A stretch of DNA of 63,180 bases, counting the filler, from a bacterium (GTDB lineage: Bacteria; JADJOY01), in NCBI GenBank assembly GCA_046331705.1. It is 3 parts of 3 records of this genome, joined end to end, with 100 filler letters (N's around TTAATTAATTAA, not from the genome) between each part and the next. Parts side by side here need not be neighbours in the genome. Positions count along the whole stretch, not along the records: positions 1 to 29,607 come from JAXLQJ010000074.1; positions 29,708 to 58,975 come from JAXLQJ010000075.1; 1 more part is not named here. The stretch is one strand, 5' to 3'. Below the pieces are notes generated by a model. That model did not search any database, had not been told where the DNA came from, and saw only the letters and a program-made list of their open reading frames with translations. The translations under genes were made by a program, and so were the position numbers. Shown one piece after another: positions 22,535 to 32,535 of this stretch; the first letter of the stretch is position 1; each line of letters begins with the position of its first letter.

Positions 22535-24148
22535 ATGAATGCCCCACGACACCCCGAAGTCCTCGTCTGCGGCGCCGGCCCGAGCGGCCTGGTGCTGGCG
22601 CTGCGCCTGGTCCGCGCGGGCGTGCGCGTCCGAATCGTCGACGCGGCGCCTGGACCCGGAACCACCTCGCGCGCGCTGGTCGTCCACGCGCGCACACTCG
22701 AGCTCTATCGTCAGATGGGCCTCGCCGATTCGCTCATCGCCGAGGGCATGCCGTTCGGCGGCGCCAACCTGTGGGTGCGCGGCAGGCGAGTGGCGCACGT
22801 CGAGCTGGGCGAGATCGGCACCGGGCTGAGCCGGTTCCCGTTCATGCTCGTCGTTCCGCAGGATCGCCACGAGCGATTCCTGGTCGAGCACCTGCGGCGC
22901 GCGGGATTGGAGGTGGAACGCCAGACCAAGCTGGTGGGCTTCGAGCAAGGCGAGCACACGGTACGCGCCACGCTCGCCCACGCAGACGGTTCCACCGAGA
23001 CGTGCGAGGCCGCGTACCTCGCCGGCTGCGACGGTGCGCACTCGCGCGTGCGCGAGGTGCTTGGCATCGGCTTCCCGGGTGGAACGTATGCTCAGTACTT
23101 CTACGTCGCCGACGTCGAAGCCACCGGGCCGGTGATGAACGGCGAGCTCCACGTGGCCGTCGACGACGCGGACTTCCTCGCGATCTTTCCGCTGCACGGC
23201 GGACGCACGGCGCGCTTGGTCGGCCTGGCGCGCGCCGAGCGGGAAGGGGTGCCGGAACGGCTCGGCTGGAGCGACGTCCGCTCGCGCGTGATCGAACAGC
23301 TCGGCGTGGGCGTCCAGAAGGTCAACTGGTTCTCGACCTACAAGGTGCACCACCGCGTCGCCGACGCGTTCCGGCGCGGTCGGGTCTTCCTGGTGGGCGA
23401 TGCGGCGCACATCCACAGCCCGGTGGGCGGACAGGGGATGAACACCGGCATCGGCGACGCGGTGAACCTCTCGTGGAAGCTCGCCGAGGTGCTGCTCGGG
23501 CGTGCCTCGGAGGAGATCCTGGCGAGCTACGAGCCGGAGCGGTCGGCGTTCGCTCACACGCTGGTCGACACCACCGACCGCGCGTTCGTGATCACCACCA
23601 GCCCCGGGCCGGTGGCGCGCTTCGTGCGGACACGGATCGTGCCGCGGGTGATCCCGCCGCTGACCCAGCTCACGGCGTTCAAACGCACGGCGTTCCGCGT
23701 GCTCTCGCAGATTCGCATCCACTACCGCGGCAGCCCGCTCGGCGAGGGCAAGGCCGGCCCCATCCGCGGCGGCGATCGCTTGCCGTGGGTCGAGCTGAGC
23801 GCGGCCGGGGGTGCAACCGACAACTTCGCCGGCCTCGACGGAATCGCGTGGCAGGTCCACGTCTACGGCACGCCCGGCACCCGTCTCGCCGAGGCCTGCG
23901 CGCGGCTCGACCTCTCGTTGCGAGTCTTCCCGTGGAGCCCGACGATGCAAGCGGCAGGGCTCACCCGCGACCGGCTCTATCTGGTGCGGCCGGACGGCTA
24001 CGTCGCGCTGGTGTCCGACGCCAACCCCGCTCGCCTCGAGGCGTTCGTCGGCACGATCCGCGGCAACGGGAAGCGCGAGACGCCGACACGACCGAGTCGA
24101 GCGAGCGCGCAACGGGCACCCGCGTCACAGACCGCCGTCACACCGTGA
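22535..24148 (+). CDS. FAD-dependent monooxygenase (FAD_binding_3)
   Basis: VCGAGPSG, GCDGAHS, GDAAHIHSPVGGQGMNTG and LVRPDGYV motifs. Confidence 0.93.
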   Translation: MNAPRHPEVLVCGAGPSGLVLALRLVRAGVRVRIVDAAPGPGTTSRALVVHARTLELYRQMGLADSLIAEGMPFGGANLWVRGRRVAHVELGEIGTGLSRFPFMLVVPQDRHERFLVEHLRRAGLEVERQTKLVGFEQGEHTVRATLAHADGSTETCEAAYLAGCDGAHSRVREVLGIGFPGGTYAQYFYVADVEATGPVMNGELHVAVDDADFLAIFPLHGGRTARLVGLARAEREGVPERLGWSDVRSRVIEQLGVGVQKVNWFSTYKVHHRVADAFRRGRVFLVGDAAHIHSPVGGQGMNTGIGDAVNLSWKLAEVLLGRASEEILASYEPERSAFAHTLVDTTDRAFVITTSPGPVARFVRTRIVPRVIPPLTQLTAFKRTAFRVLSQIRIHYRGSPLGEGKAGPIRGGDRLPWVELSAAGGATDNFAGLDGIAWQVHVYGTPGTRLAEACARLDLSLRVFPWSPTMQAAGLTRDRLYLVRPDGYVALVSDANPARLEAFVGTIRGNGKRETPTRPSRASAQRAPASQTAVTP

Positions 24149-24367
24149 CACCGCCGCGCACCCGGATCACCGAACGAACCGCCCTCGAAGCGGGCTGGAG
24201 GCGCCGGGCGACCGACGATGCAAGGGCCAGCGCAGCGACCGCTTCGAGGACGACAGGCTTCACCAGGGGCCAGTGTTGGGCCTCGCGCGCGAGCTCTGAC
24301 GCGGTTGGCAACGGATTCGAGACGGTTCCTGGCAGCGCTCGGTCACTCGCACGTATCCTCGACCACC

Positions 24368-25141
24368 ATGACCCAGCCGATCCTGATCCCGCTTCCCGAC
24401 ACGGACTTCGACGCGACCGAGGTCGCCGTGCCGTGGCGATTGCTCACCCGCGCCGGTCACGCCGTGGTGTTCGCGACCGAGCGCGGCGGTGTGCCGCCGA
24501 CGTGCGATCCGCGCACGCTGTGCGGCGCGATGTTCGGACTCTTTCCAGCGGCACGCGAAGCGCGCGGATTCTACGAGGAGCTCTCGCGTTCTCCCGAGTT
24601 CCTGGCGCCGATCGCGTGGGACTCGATCAAACCCGAGCGCGTCGCCGCCCTGCTCCTCCCCGGCGGTCACGCACCCGGGATGCGACAGTACCTGGGCAGC
24701 AGGACCCTGCAAGAGAAGGTCGCCGCGTTCTGGATCCTCGAACGCCCGGTGGCGGCCATCTGTCACGGAGTCTTGGTGCTGGCCCGCGCGCGCGACCCGC
24801 GAACGGGGAAGAGCGTGCTCGCGTCCAGTCGCACGACGTGCTTGCCCAAGTACATGGAGCGGACGGCTTTCCTCTCGACGGCGTGGAAGCTCGGCCGCTA
24901 CTACCGGACCTACGACGCCTACGTGGAGGACGAGGTGAAGGCCGCCCTCGACGATCCTCCGCGGCAATTCGTGCGCGGCCCGCGCGTGCTCGATTTCCGG
25001 CGTGTCGTGACCGCGCACCCGACGACTTCTCGCGCGGTCGAGGATGGACGCTACGTGTCGGCGCGCTGGCCGGGGGACGCGTACGTGCTCGCCGAGAGGT
25101 TGCTCGCGCGGCTCGCGAAGACCGCGGCGCGCGCCGTTTGA
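24368..25141 (+). CDS. DJ-1/PfpI (class I glutamine amidotransferase-like) protein
   Basis: DFDATEVAVPW, LLPGGH, AICHG and SARWPGD motifs. Confidence 0.88.
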   Translation: MTQPILIPLPDTDFDATEVAVPWRLLTRAGHAVVFATERGGVPPTCDPRTLCGAMFGLFPAAREARGFYEELSRSPEFLAPIAWDSIKPERVAALLLPGGHAPGMRQYLGSRTLQEKVAAFWILERPVAAICHGVLVLARARDPRTGKSVLASSRTTCLPKYMERTAFLSTAWKLGRYYRTYDAYVEDEVKAALDDPPRQFVRGPRVLDFRRVVTAHPTTSRAVEDGRYVSARWPGDAYVLAERLLARLAKTAARAV

Positions 25142-25210
25142 GCTCCCGCGGATCGCGCGCTCGGCACCGCGCGACGACGCCGAGCACCTCGGCTGCCGGT
25201 GCGCTTCGGT

Positions 25211-26332
25211 TCAGTTGGTCTCGGGCCAGAGCCCCGGCGGAGTGTTCGTGTCCGCCGGGAGCGGCAAGCCGACCTGCTCGGGTGCGCGCGGCTGCAGTCG
25301 CACGATCACGGGTGCGGTCGGATCGCGCTGCAGCTCGTCCTCGGTGAGCGGCTCGTTCTCCTCGAGCTGCTGCTTGAGCCAACGCACGCGAGCCAGTAGA
25401 TCCGACCCGCCCACGACGGTGTCCGCCGCATGCGCATAGACCGCGTAGGCGCGCAGCAAGTATTCGAGCCCGGCCGCCGACGCACCCTTGAGGAATTCGA
25501 TCACCTTGGCCGGCTCGAGATCGACCTCGGGCTTCTCGGGGGCGGTGATCAGCGCTCGCTGCTCGCGGTACATCTCGTCGCGAATCGCGGTGACGTGGCG
25601 CCGCGTGCGCTTGGCCTCGTCCTTCACCTTGCGAAGCAGGCTTTGCAGCTTGGGCGCGGCCACGATGTCCTCGACGCTCGCCACGCCGTAGCGCGCGAGA
25701 GTCGCTGCGTAGGTGTGCATGAGCTCGTCGAGAGCGGCGTTGCGGCGCTTGGGCTTGCGCCATCCCTTCGATTGCAACCAACCGATCTGCGGGATCGCGC
25801 CGATGGCGGCGATCAGGTTGTCCAGCGTGCGAAGGCGATTGGTGGCGCGCATCACGTCCTTCGCGACCTGCTCGATGAGCGTCAGGTGCTCGCGCTGGAA
25901 GCCGGCGGACTTCTCCGCGTCCTCGAAGTCCATCAGCAAACGCTCGAACGCGTCCTTCTCCTCGATGAAGATTCGCGTGCGAGCGTCCAGGCCATCGGCG
26001 GCCTCGAATTCCTCGAGCCTCGCGAACACGTGCGCGAGGTTGTCCATCTTGCGCGCGCCGACCCCACGGTCGTTGCCGTGCTTGTAGACCATGTGGGAGG
26101 CGCGGTGCAGGCGACGCAGCGACTTGAGCCCGACTTGCACGCCGGTGAGGTACCAGTCGGGGTGGGTGAAGCGCTCCGGGAGCGTGGCCTCGAGCAGGCC
26201 TCGCATCGCCCGCTGCGCGCGCTCCAGCTGAAGCTCGAGCGGCTCGGAGGCGGTGGCGCGGCTCGGATCGTCGGGGTCGATCGAGACGACCGGCGACGTA
26301 GTGTCGACGTCGAGCGGCTTGACGTTCTGCAT
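25211..26332 (-). CDS. hypothetical helical protein
   Basis: GGAG upstream of ATG 26332; strong codon bias; the longer upstream extension is antisense to TerC. Confidence 0.75.
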   Translation of the reverse strand: MQNVKPLDVDTTSPVVSIDPDDPSRATASEPLELQLERAQRAMRGLLEATLPERFTHPDWYLTGVQVGLKSLRRLHRASHMVYKHGNDRGVGARKMDNLAHVFARLEEFEAADGLDARTRIFIEEKDAFERLLMDFEDAEKSAGFQREHLTLIEQVAKDVMRATNRLRTLDNLIAAIGAIPQIGWLQSKGWRKPKRRNAALDELMHTYAATLARYGVASVEDIVAAPKLQSLLRKVKDEAKRTRRHVTAIRDEMYREQRALITAPEKPEVDLEPAKVIEFLKGASAAGLEYLLRAYAVYAHAADTVVGGSDLLARVRWLKQQLEENEPLTEDELQRDPTAPVIVRLQPRAPEQVGLPLPADTNTPPGLWPETN

Positions 26333-26524
26333 GCTGAGCTCCGGGAGCACGGCTGGAGCGCCACGCCGTGAATGATCGTCGGATCGAAGAGAAGGTCGAG
26401 AGTAGCACGGCCGGTCGATGGTCCGCTGCCCCACGTTGCCGCGCGCGGGGATCTTCGCCAATTTGCCCGCCCGATCGCGCCACGGAATCTCCCCGCGCGC
26501 TCGCGATCCTCGCGCGTCTCCATC

Positions 26525-27520
26525 ATGGTCGAAACGATCGGTACGCCCGCCCTTTGGCTCGGATTCACGGGAGCCGTCGTCACGCTCCTCGTGATCGACA
26601 TGGTGATGCTGCAGCGCCAGCCGCGCGAGATGTCGACGCGCGAGGCGCTGGGCTGGAGCGCGTTCTGGGTCTCGCTGGCGCTCGCGTTCAACGCCTACGT
26701 GTGGTTGCGCTTCGGCAAGCAGAAGGGACTCGAGTTCTTCACCGGCTATCTGATCGAGGAATCGCTCTCGGTCGACAACCTCTTCGTCTTCCTGTTCCTG
26801 TTCGGCTACTTCGGCGTGCCCAAACCGCTGCAGCGTCGGGTGCTGTTCTGGGGAATCCTGGGCGCCCTGGTGATGCGCGGGCTCTTCATCGGGCTCGGCA
26901 CCGTGCTGATCGCGCGCTTCGAGTGGATTCTCTACCTCTTCGGCGCGCTGCTCGTTTACACCGGCATCAACCTCCTGCGCGGTCAGCACGAGGACATCGA
27001 GCCCGAGCGCAACATCGGCCTCAGGCTCTTTCGCAAGCTCATGCCCACGTTGAGCGAGTTCCAGGGCTCGCGCTTCGTGGTGAACGTGGGCGGCGTGCGC
27101 CACGCGACTCCGCTGCTGGTGGCGCTGGTGACGGTCGAGTTCAGCGACGTGCTCTTCGCCGTCGACTCGATCCCCGCGATCTTCGCGGTCACCACCGATC
27201 CCTTCATCGTCTACACGTCGAACATCTGCGCGATCCTGGGGCTGCGCGCCCTCTACTTCCTGCTCGCGGGCGCCATGGACAAGTTCCAGTACCTGAACAT
27301 CGGGCTGGGCCTGGTGCTCAGCTTCATCGGCGCCAAGATGGTGCTCCACGACGTGTTCGAGATCACCACCGCCGAGTCGCTGGTGGTGGTGGGGCTGCTG
27401 CTCGGCTTCGCGGTGCTGGCGTCGCTGCTCAAGCCCAAGCACGAGGCGGAAGGCGCGATCGAGCCGGTCGAGCCGCCGAAGCTCGAGCCCCGCTCCGGAC
27501 CCAACGAGCCCGAACCCTGA
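26525..27520 (+). CDS. TerC/Alx-family membrane protein
   Basis: EESLSVDNLFVF, DVLFAVDSIPA and SNICAILGLR motifs. Confidence 0.95.
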   Translation: MVETIGTPALWLGFTGAVVTLLVIDMVMLQRQPREMSTREALGWSAFWVSLALAFNAYVWLRFGKQKGLEFFTGYLIEESLSVDNLFVFLFLFGYFGVPKPLQRRVLFWGILGALVMRGLFIGLGTVLIARFEWILYLFGALLVYTGINLLRGQHEDIEPERNIGLRLFRKLMPTLSEFQGSRFVVNVGGVRHATPLLVALVTVEFSDVLFAVDSIPAIFAVTTDPFIVYTSNICAILGLRALYFLLAGAMDKFQYLNIGLGLVLSFIGAKMVLHDVFEITTAESLVVVGLLLGFAVLASLLKPKHEAEGAIEPVEPPKLEPRSGPNEPEP

Positions 27521-27548
27521 CGAGGGCGCTTCGCGCCGGGAGAGAAAC

Positions 27549-28745
27549 GTGGACTTTCTCGACTCACCCGAAGAGGCCGCGTTTCGCGGCGAGCTCCGAG
27601 CCTGGCTCGCAACCAACATGCCTCCCGGCTGGACCGAGGGCGAGCTGCTCGAGAAGGTCGTGCAATTCGACGAGCGCGTGCGTTTCCTTCAAGGGTGGCA
27701 ACGCAAGCTCTTCGAGGCCGGCTGGGCAGGGATCGCGTGGCCGAAGGAGTACGGCGGCCGCGGCGCGACCGTCATGCAGCAGGTGATCTTCAACGAGGAG
27801 ATCGCTCGCCAGCGAGCGCCCGAGATCATCAACGTCATCGGCATCAACATGGTCGGCCCGACGATCATCGCGCACGGCACGGAAGAGCAGAAGAAGCGCT
27901 TCCTGCCGAAGATCCTGAGCTGCGAGGAGATCTGGGCGCAGGGCTATTCCGAGCCCAACTCGGGCTCCGACCTGGCGAGCCTCAAGACCCGCGCCGAGGT
28001 GCGCGACGACGGCTTCGTCGTCAACGGGCAGAAGGTGTGGACCACCCTCGGGCCCTACGCGCATTGGATCATGCTGCTCGCGCGCACCGATCCCGCCTCG
28101 GAGCGCCATTCCGGCATCTCGTGCTTGCTGGTCGATCTCGCCTCGCCGGGCGTGACGGTTCGTCCGCTGGTGCAGATCACCGGCGAGGCCGAGTTCGGCG
28201 AGGTCTTCTTCGACAACGTCCACGTGCCACGCGAGAACCTGCTGGGCCGCCTCGGCGGCGGCTGGGAAACGGCGATGACCACGCTGCTCCACGAGCGCGG
28301 CACGCTCGCGATCTCCGTGCAGGTGCGGCTCGAGCTCACGCTCGCCGCGGTGATCGAGCTGGCGCGACGGGTGAAGGTCCGGGGCAAGCCCGCGCTCGAG
28401 GACGGTTCGATCCGTCAGGAGCTGGCGCGCTGCTACTCGGAAGTGCAGATCATGCGCTGGAACAGCTACCGCAGTCTCACGAAGATCGCCCGTGACGGCA
28501 TCCCCGGGCCGGAAGGATCGTTCGGCAAGCTGTTCTGGACCGATCTCAGCCAGCGCATGACCGAGCTCGCCGTGAACCTGGCGGGACCGGCCGGCCTCAT
28601 CCCGCACGGCAACCCCGGCGCGGTGGACCAAGGCCGCTGGATCTACGGCTTCTTGCGCGCCCGCGCCAACACCATCGAGGCGGGCACCAGCGAGATCCAG
28701 CGCAACATCGTGGGCGAGCGCGTGCTCGGATTGCCGAAGGGGTGA
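27549..28745 (+). CDS. acyl-CoA dehydrogenase
   Basis: WAQGYSEPNSGSDLASL, NGQKVWT and IEAGTSEIQRNI motifs. Confidence 0.95.
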   Translation: MDFLDSPEEAAFRGELRAWLATNMPPGWTEGELLEKVVQFDERVRFLQGWQRKLFEAGWAGIAWPKEYGGRGATVMQQVIFNEEIARQRAPEIINVIGINMVGPTIIAHGTEEQKKRFLPKILSCEEIWAQGYSEPNSGSDLASLKTRAEVRDDGFVVNGQKVWTTLGPYAHWIMLLARTDPASERHSGISCLLVDLASPGVTVRPLVQITGEAEFGEVFFDNVHVPRENLLGRLGGGWETAMTTLLHERGTLAISVQVRLELTLAAVIELARRVKVRGKPALEDGSIRQELARCYSEVQIMRWNSYRSLTKIARDGIPGPEGSFGKLFWTDLSQRMTELAVNLAGPAGLIPHGNPGAVDQGRWIYGFLRARANTIEAGTSEIQRNIVGERVLGLPKG

Positions 28746-28749
28746 GGCC

Positions 28750-29607
28750 ATGAACTTCGATCTCAGCGACGACCAGCGCATGCTCAAGGACACGGCGCGT
28801 AGCTTCCTCGAGCGCGAGTGCGCGAGCGCCAAGCTGCGGGCGCTGCTGGACGATCCGCGCGGCTCGACCGACGAGCTGTGGAGCAAGATCGTCGAGCTCG
28901 GCTGGCTCGGGCTGGCGGTGCCGGAGGCGTATGGCGGCATCGGTCTGGGCTTCCTCGATCTCGCGGTGGTGCTCGAGGAGGCCGGGCGGGCACTCTTGCC
29001 GGGGCCGTTCTTCAGCACCGCGGTGCTCGCGGGCTCGACGCTGGCGGACGGCGGCAGCGAGGCGCAGAAGCAGCGTTGGCTTCCCGAGATCGCCGCGGGG
29101 CGCGCCATCGGCGCGGCCGCGGTGTGGGAGGAGGGCGGCGCCTGGACGCCGCAGGCGATCGAGGCCAAGGCGCGAAAGACCAAGACGGGCTACGCGCTCT
29201 CGGGCCGGAAATGCGCGGTGCTCGACGCGCACGTCGCGGACTTCCTGCTCGTCGCTGCGAAGCTCGGCACGGGTGTCGCGCTGTTCCTCGTCGAGCGCGG
29301 CGCCAAGGGCCTCGCGATCGAACCGATGAAGACCGTCGACGGCACGCGCCGCATCGCCCACGTCACACTCACCGGAGTGAAGCTGAGCGAGGATGCGCTG
29401 GTCGGTGGCAACGCCGACGCGTGGCCCCTCCTCTCGCGCACCCTCGACCGCGCCGCCGCGGGAATGGCCGCGGAGATGGTGGGCGGTGCCGGCAAGACGC
29501 TCGAGATGAGCGTCGACTACGCGAAGATCCGCGTTCAGTTCGGCCGGCCGATCGGCAGCTTCCAGGCCATCAAGCACAAATGCGCGGACATGATGCTGTT
29601 GGTCGAG
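28750..29607 (+). CDS. acyl-CoA dehydrogenase, partner subunit (partial, contig end)
   Basis: MNFDLSDDQRML and RVQFGRPIGSFQAIKH motifs. Confidence 0.92.
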
Positions 29608-29707
29608 NNNNNNNNNNNNNNNNNNNNNNNNNNNNNNNNNNNNNNNNNNNNTTAATTAATTAANNNNNNNNNNNNNNNNNNNNNNNNNNNNNNNNNNNNN
29701 NNNNNNN
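29608..29707. other. artificial contig linker
   Basis: N44-TTAATTAATTAA-N44, giving stops in all six frames. Confidence 0.97.
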
Positions 29708-30062
29708 GATGGTCGAGTCGATCCAGCTCGACGCAGAAGGGCTCCCAGCTCCAGGCATCGACGTAGTCGGGCCCGAACTGCTTGGCGTGCATCACGCCTG
29801 CCGGCTCGTGCAAGTGGCCGCGCCACACCGCCGGCCGCACCGAGCCGGTGTCGGGCAGCCGGTCGAGGGCCACTGCCAGATCGGCTCGCAGCAGTGAGTG
29901 AAAAGCGTCGCGCCCATCGGCCGAGTAGATCGGATCACGCCAGTCGACCACGAGTTGCCGCCCGGTGAGACGCGCGAGCAGTGTCGCCGAAAGCAAGCAG
30001 AGGATGCGATTGCCGAGACCTTGGTCCCCCTTCACGAGGACGTATCCGGCGTCGTCAGCCAT
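29708..30062 (-). CDS. NodZ-like / GT-B fucosyltransferase, N-terminal part (partial)
   Basis: LVKGDQGLGNRILCL...RQLVVDWRD. Confidence 0.65.
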
Positions 30063-30381
30063 CGTTCGCCGAGAATCGGCCAGATCGGCGCCCGTGGCTA
30101 CGGCCACGATCGGCGGGTGCTCGACGACGACTGGCTCGACCGGACGGATGTGAGGGTGGTGTCTTGGCGCCGGGTACTCCTTCCGTGGCGACGACGTCCT
30201 GCGCTCGTCCTACCGCGGCGTCGACATCCCGCCGGTCGCGGGCCCCGGTGGCGGGTCCCGCTGCTTGCGGCACGGCTGCGCGCCGCCGGTAGCGGCCGAG
30301 CTGACCTGTCGAGGTTGCTCGCTGCGAACCGGGATGCCGCTGGCCGCCGGAGGCCGTTGGCGATCTCCGTCCGCTCCGCGG

Positions 30382-32118
30382 TCACACGGAGATCGAGCCC
30401 TTGCGGAAGTCGCTCTTCGCGAGCAACACGTTCACGCACACGGGGCGGCCCTTCTTGGCGATGCTCTTCGCCTCGTCGAGGACTTCACCGATCTTCGCCT
30501 CCTGATCGATCAGCAGGCCGACGCCGCCATAGCCCTTCGCGACCTCGTGGTACGCCGTATCGCGCAGCATCGTGCCGACGTCGTCGCCGAGCAGGTCCAC
30601 CTGGTCGCGGGCGATCTGCATCCAAGCGGCGTCGTTGCCGATGACCGCGATCGGGGCCAGCCCGTGGCGCACGAACGTGTCGAACTCGGCCAGGCTGTAG
30701 GCGGACGACCCGTCGCCCCACAGGATCCACACCTCGGATCTCGGGCGGCACACCGCGGCGCCGGTGGCGAAACCGCCGCCGACGCCCAGGGTCCCGTAGA
30801 CACCGGGGTCGAGCCACGCGAGCGGGCCGCGCGGCCGCAGCACGTACGAGGCGGTCCCGACGAAGTCGCCGCCGTCCGCCACCAGGATGGCGTCGTCGGC
30901 CAGCTTCTTCTCGAGCTCGAGGAGGAACCGCAACGGCGACACGCGGCCCTTGGTCGCGGCGTCTCCCTTGGCGATCTCGGCGTCGCGCTTCGCCTCGCGG
31001 TCGCGGAGCGTCGCGAACCAGGCACTTCGATCGGGTGAACGTGGCGAGCGCGCCGCCAGCTCGACCAGCATCTCGCCGGGGTGCATGCGAATCGCGAGGT
31101 CCGGGATCCGGTTCTTGCGCAGCGTGGAGGCGCTCAAGTTCACGGCGACGAGCTTGGCGCTCTTGGGGATCGCCTGCCCGTACTTGAGACGGAAGTCGAA
31201 CGGGAAGCCCGCGACGATCACCAGATCCGCCTCGCGCAGCGCCTTGCCGCGCTCGTGGCGGAATTGGACGTCGCTGGTCTTCCCGAGGAGGCCGCGCCCC
31301 ATCCCACCCAGGTAGGTGGGGATGCCGAGAGCCCGGATGGCGCTCGCGATGCGCTCGGGATCGCGCTGGTTGACGAGCGTCTGGCTGCCGATCACGAGCA
31401 CCGGCCGCTGCGACTTGGCGAGTGCGTCCGCCACACCGCGGATCTTGGTGCGCGGGTTGCCGGGCACCGTGAGATCGACGAGCGCCGGAAGCTCGGGCGC
31501 CGGGAGCGGCACGTGCGGCTGCTTGAACTGGCGGAAGAGATGGCCGCGGAGATAGAGGCGGAGCGCGTCGCCGACCGGCCCCTTCATCTTGGCCTCGGCC
31601 ATCGTCCACTCGCGGACGATCGACTCCGGGTAGAGCAGGTCGATCGCCACCTCCACGAACACCGGTCCCGGTACGCCCGAGAGCGCCAGGTCGATCGCGC
31701 GCTCGACGGTCGGCACCAGGCTCTTGATCGTGTTGACGCGCGTCGCCCACTTGGTGATCGGGGACAGGATCGAGAGCTGATCGATGTCCTGCAGCGAGCC
31801 GCGGCCGCGCAGGACCGTTGCCGTGGCGCCGCCGAGGAGCAGCACCGGCGACTCGGCCATCTGCGCGTTCTTGATGGCCGTGATCGTGTTGGTCACGCCA
31901 GGCCCGGCGGTGACCGCGGCGACGCCCACGTTGCCCGTGAGCCGCGCGCACGCGTCCGCCGCGAACACGGCGTTGACCTCCTCGCGCATGTCGACGACGC
32001 GGATGCCGCGCTTCTTCGCACCGACGAGGATGGGCGAGATGTGCCCGCCACAGAGGGTGAAGATCGCGGGAACGCCGCGCCGTGCCAGAAGATCGCCGAT
32101 GAGGTCGCCGCCGTGCAT
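30382..32118 (-). CDS. thiamine-pyrophosphate enzyme (acetolactate-synthase-like / 2-hydroxyacyl-CoA lyase)
   Basis: [19 protein letters not shown] and GDGS...GND TPP motif. Confidence 0.92.
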   Translation of the reverse strand: MHGGDLIGDLLARRGVPAIFTLCGGHISPILVGAKKRGIRVVDMREEVNAVFAADACARLTGNVGVAAVTAGPGVTNTITAIKNAQMAESPVLLLGGATATVLRGRGSLQDIDQLSILSPITKWATRVNTIKSLVPTVERAIDLALSGVPGPVFVEVAIDLLYPESIVREWTMAEAKMKGPVGDALRLYLRGHLFRQFKQPHVPLPAPELPALVDLTVPGNPRTKIRGVADALAKSQRPVLVIGSQTLVNQRDPERIASAIRALGIPTYLGGMGRGLLGKTSDVQFRHERGKALREADLVIVAGFPFDFRLKYGQAIPKSAKLVAVNLSASTLRKNRIPDLAIRMHPGEMLVELAARSPRSPDRSAWFATLRDREAKRDAEIAKGDAATKGRVSPLRFLLELEKKLADDAILVADGGDFVGTASYVLRPRGPLAWLDPGVYGTLGVGGGFATGAAVCRPRSEVWILWGDGSSAYSLAEFDTFVRHGLAPIAVIGNDAAWMQIARDQVDLLGDDVGTMLRDTAYHEVAKGYGGVGLLIDQEAKIGEVLDEAKSIAKKGRPVCVNVLLAKSDFRKGSISV

Positions 32119-32535
32119 GACCCGAAGTCATAACGCGCTTCGCGCCGAGTGCGAATGGGGCGGGAGGCGGTGTGTCGAGGACGGCGGCGACGCGTGAGCT
32201 CGAGCGCATCCACGCAGCCGCGCTGGCGCGCCCGAGGAGGAGAGACCGCACTCGCTCGGACACGCCGTGCATCCTGGCCTAGATCAGGCTTCCGGTCGCT
32301 CGGACGCCTCGCGCAGCGCCTCCGTCGAGTGGTCGAGCTCGCACGTCGATCGGCGGCGGACTGCCGATCCGAGTCACGCCTGGACGGTGTCGTCGGATCA
32401 GGTCGGGTCGAGATCCACGCCGCGGACCGGAACCTCTCGCGGCGTGCCCCAGGCGGTGCACGCCCTTCTCAAGCTGCGGAGCGATCTCCACCTCGATCGG
32501 GCTGCACGGGCCGCGCGGGCCGAGCCGGGTCGACG

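Noticed and set aside
26333-26524. yybP-ykoY riboswitch upstream of TerC
   Set aside because: No recognisable conserved motif by eye.
29608-29707. TTAATTAATTAA inside N runs (also 58976-59075)
   Set aside because: Artificial contig linker; no linkage can be inferred across it, for example HigA to the TA array.
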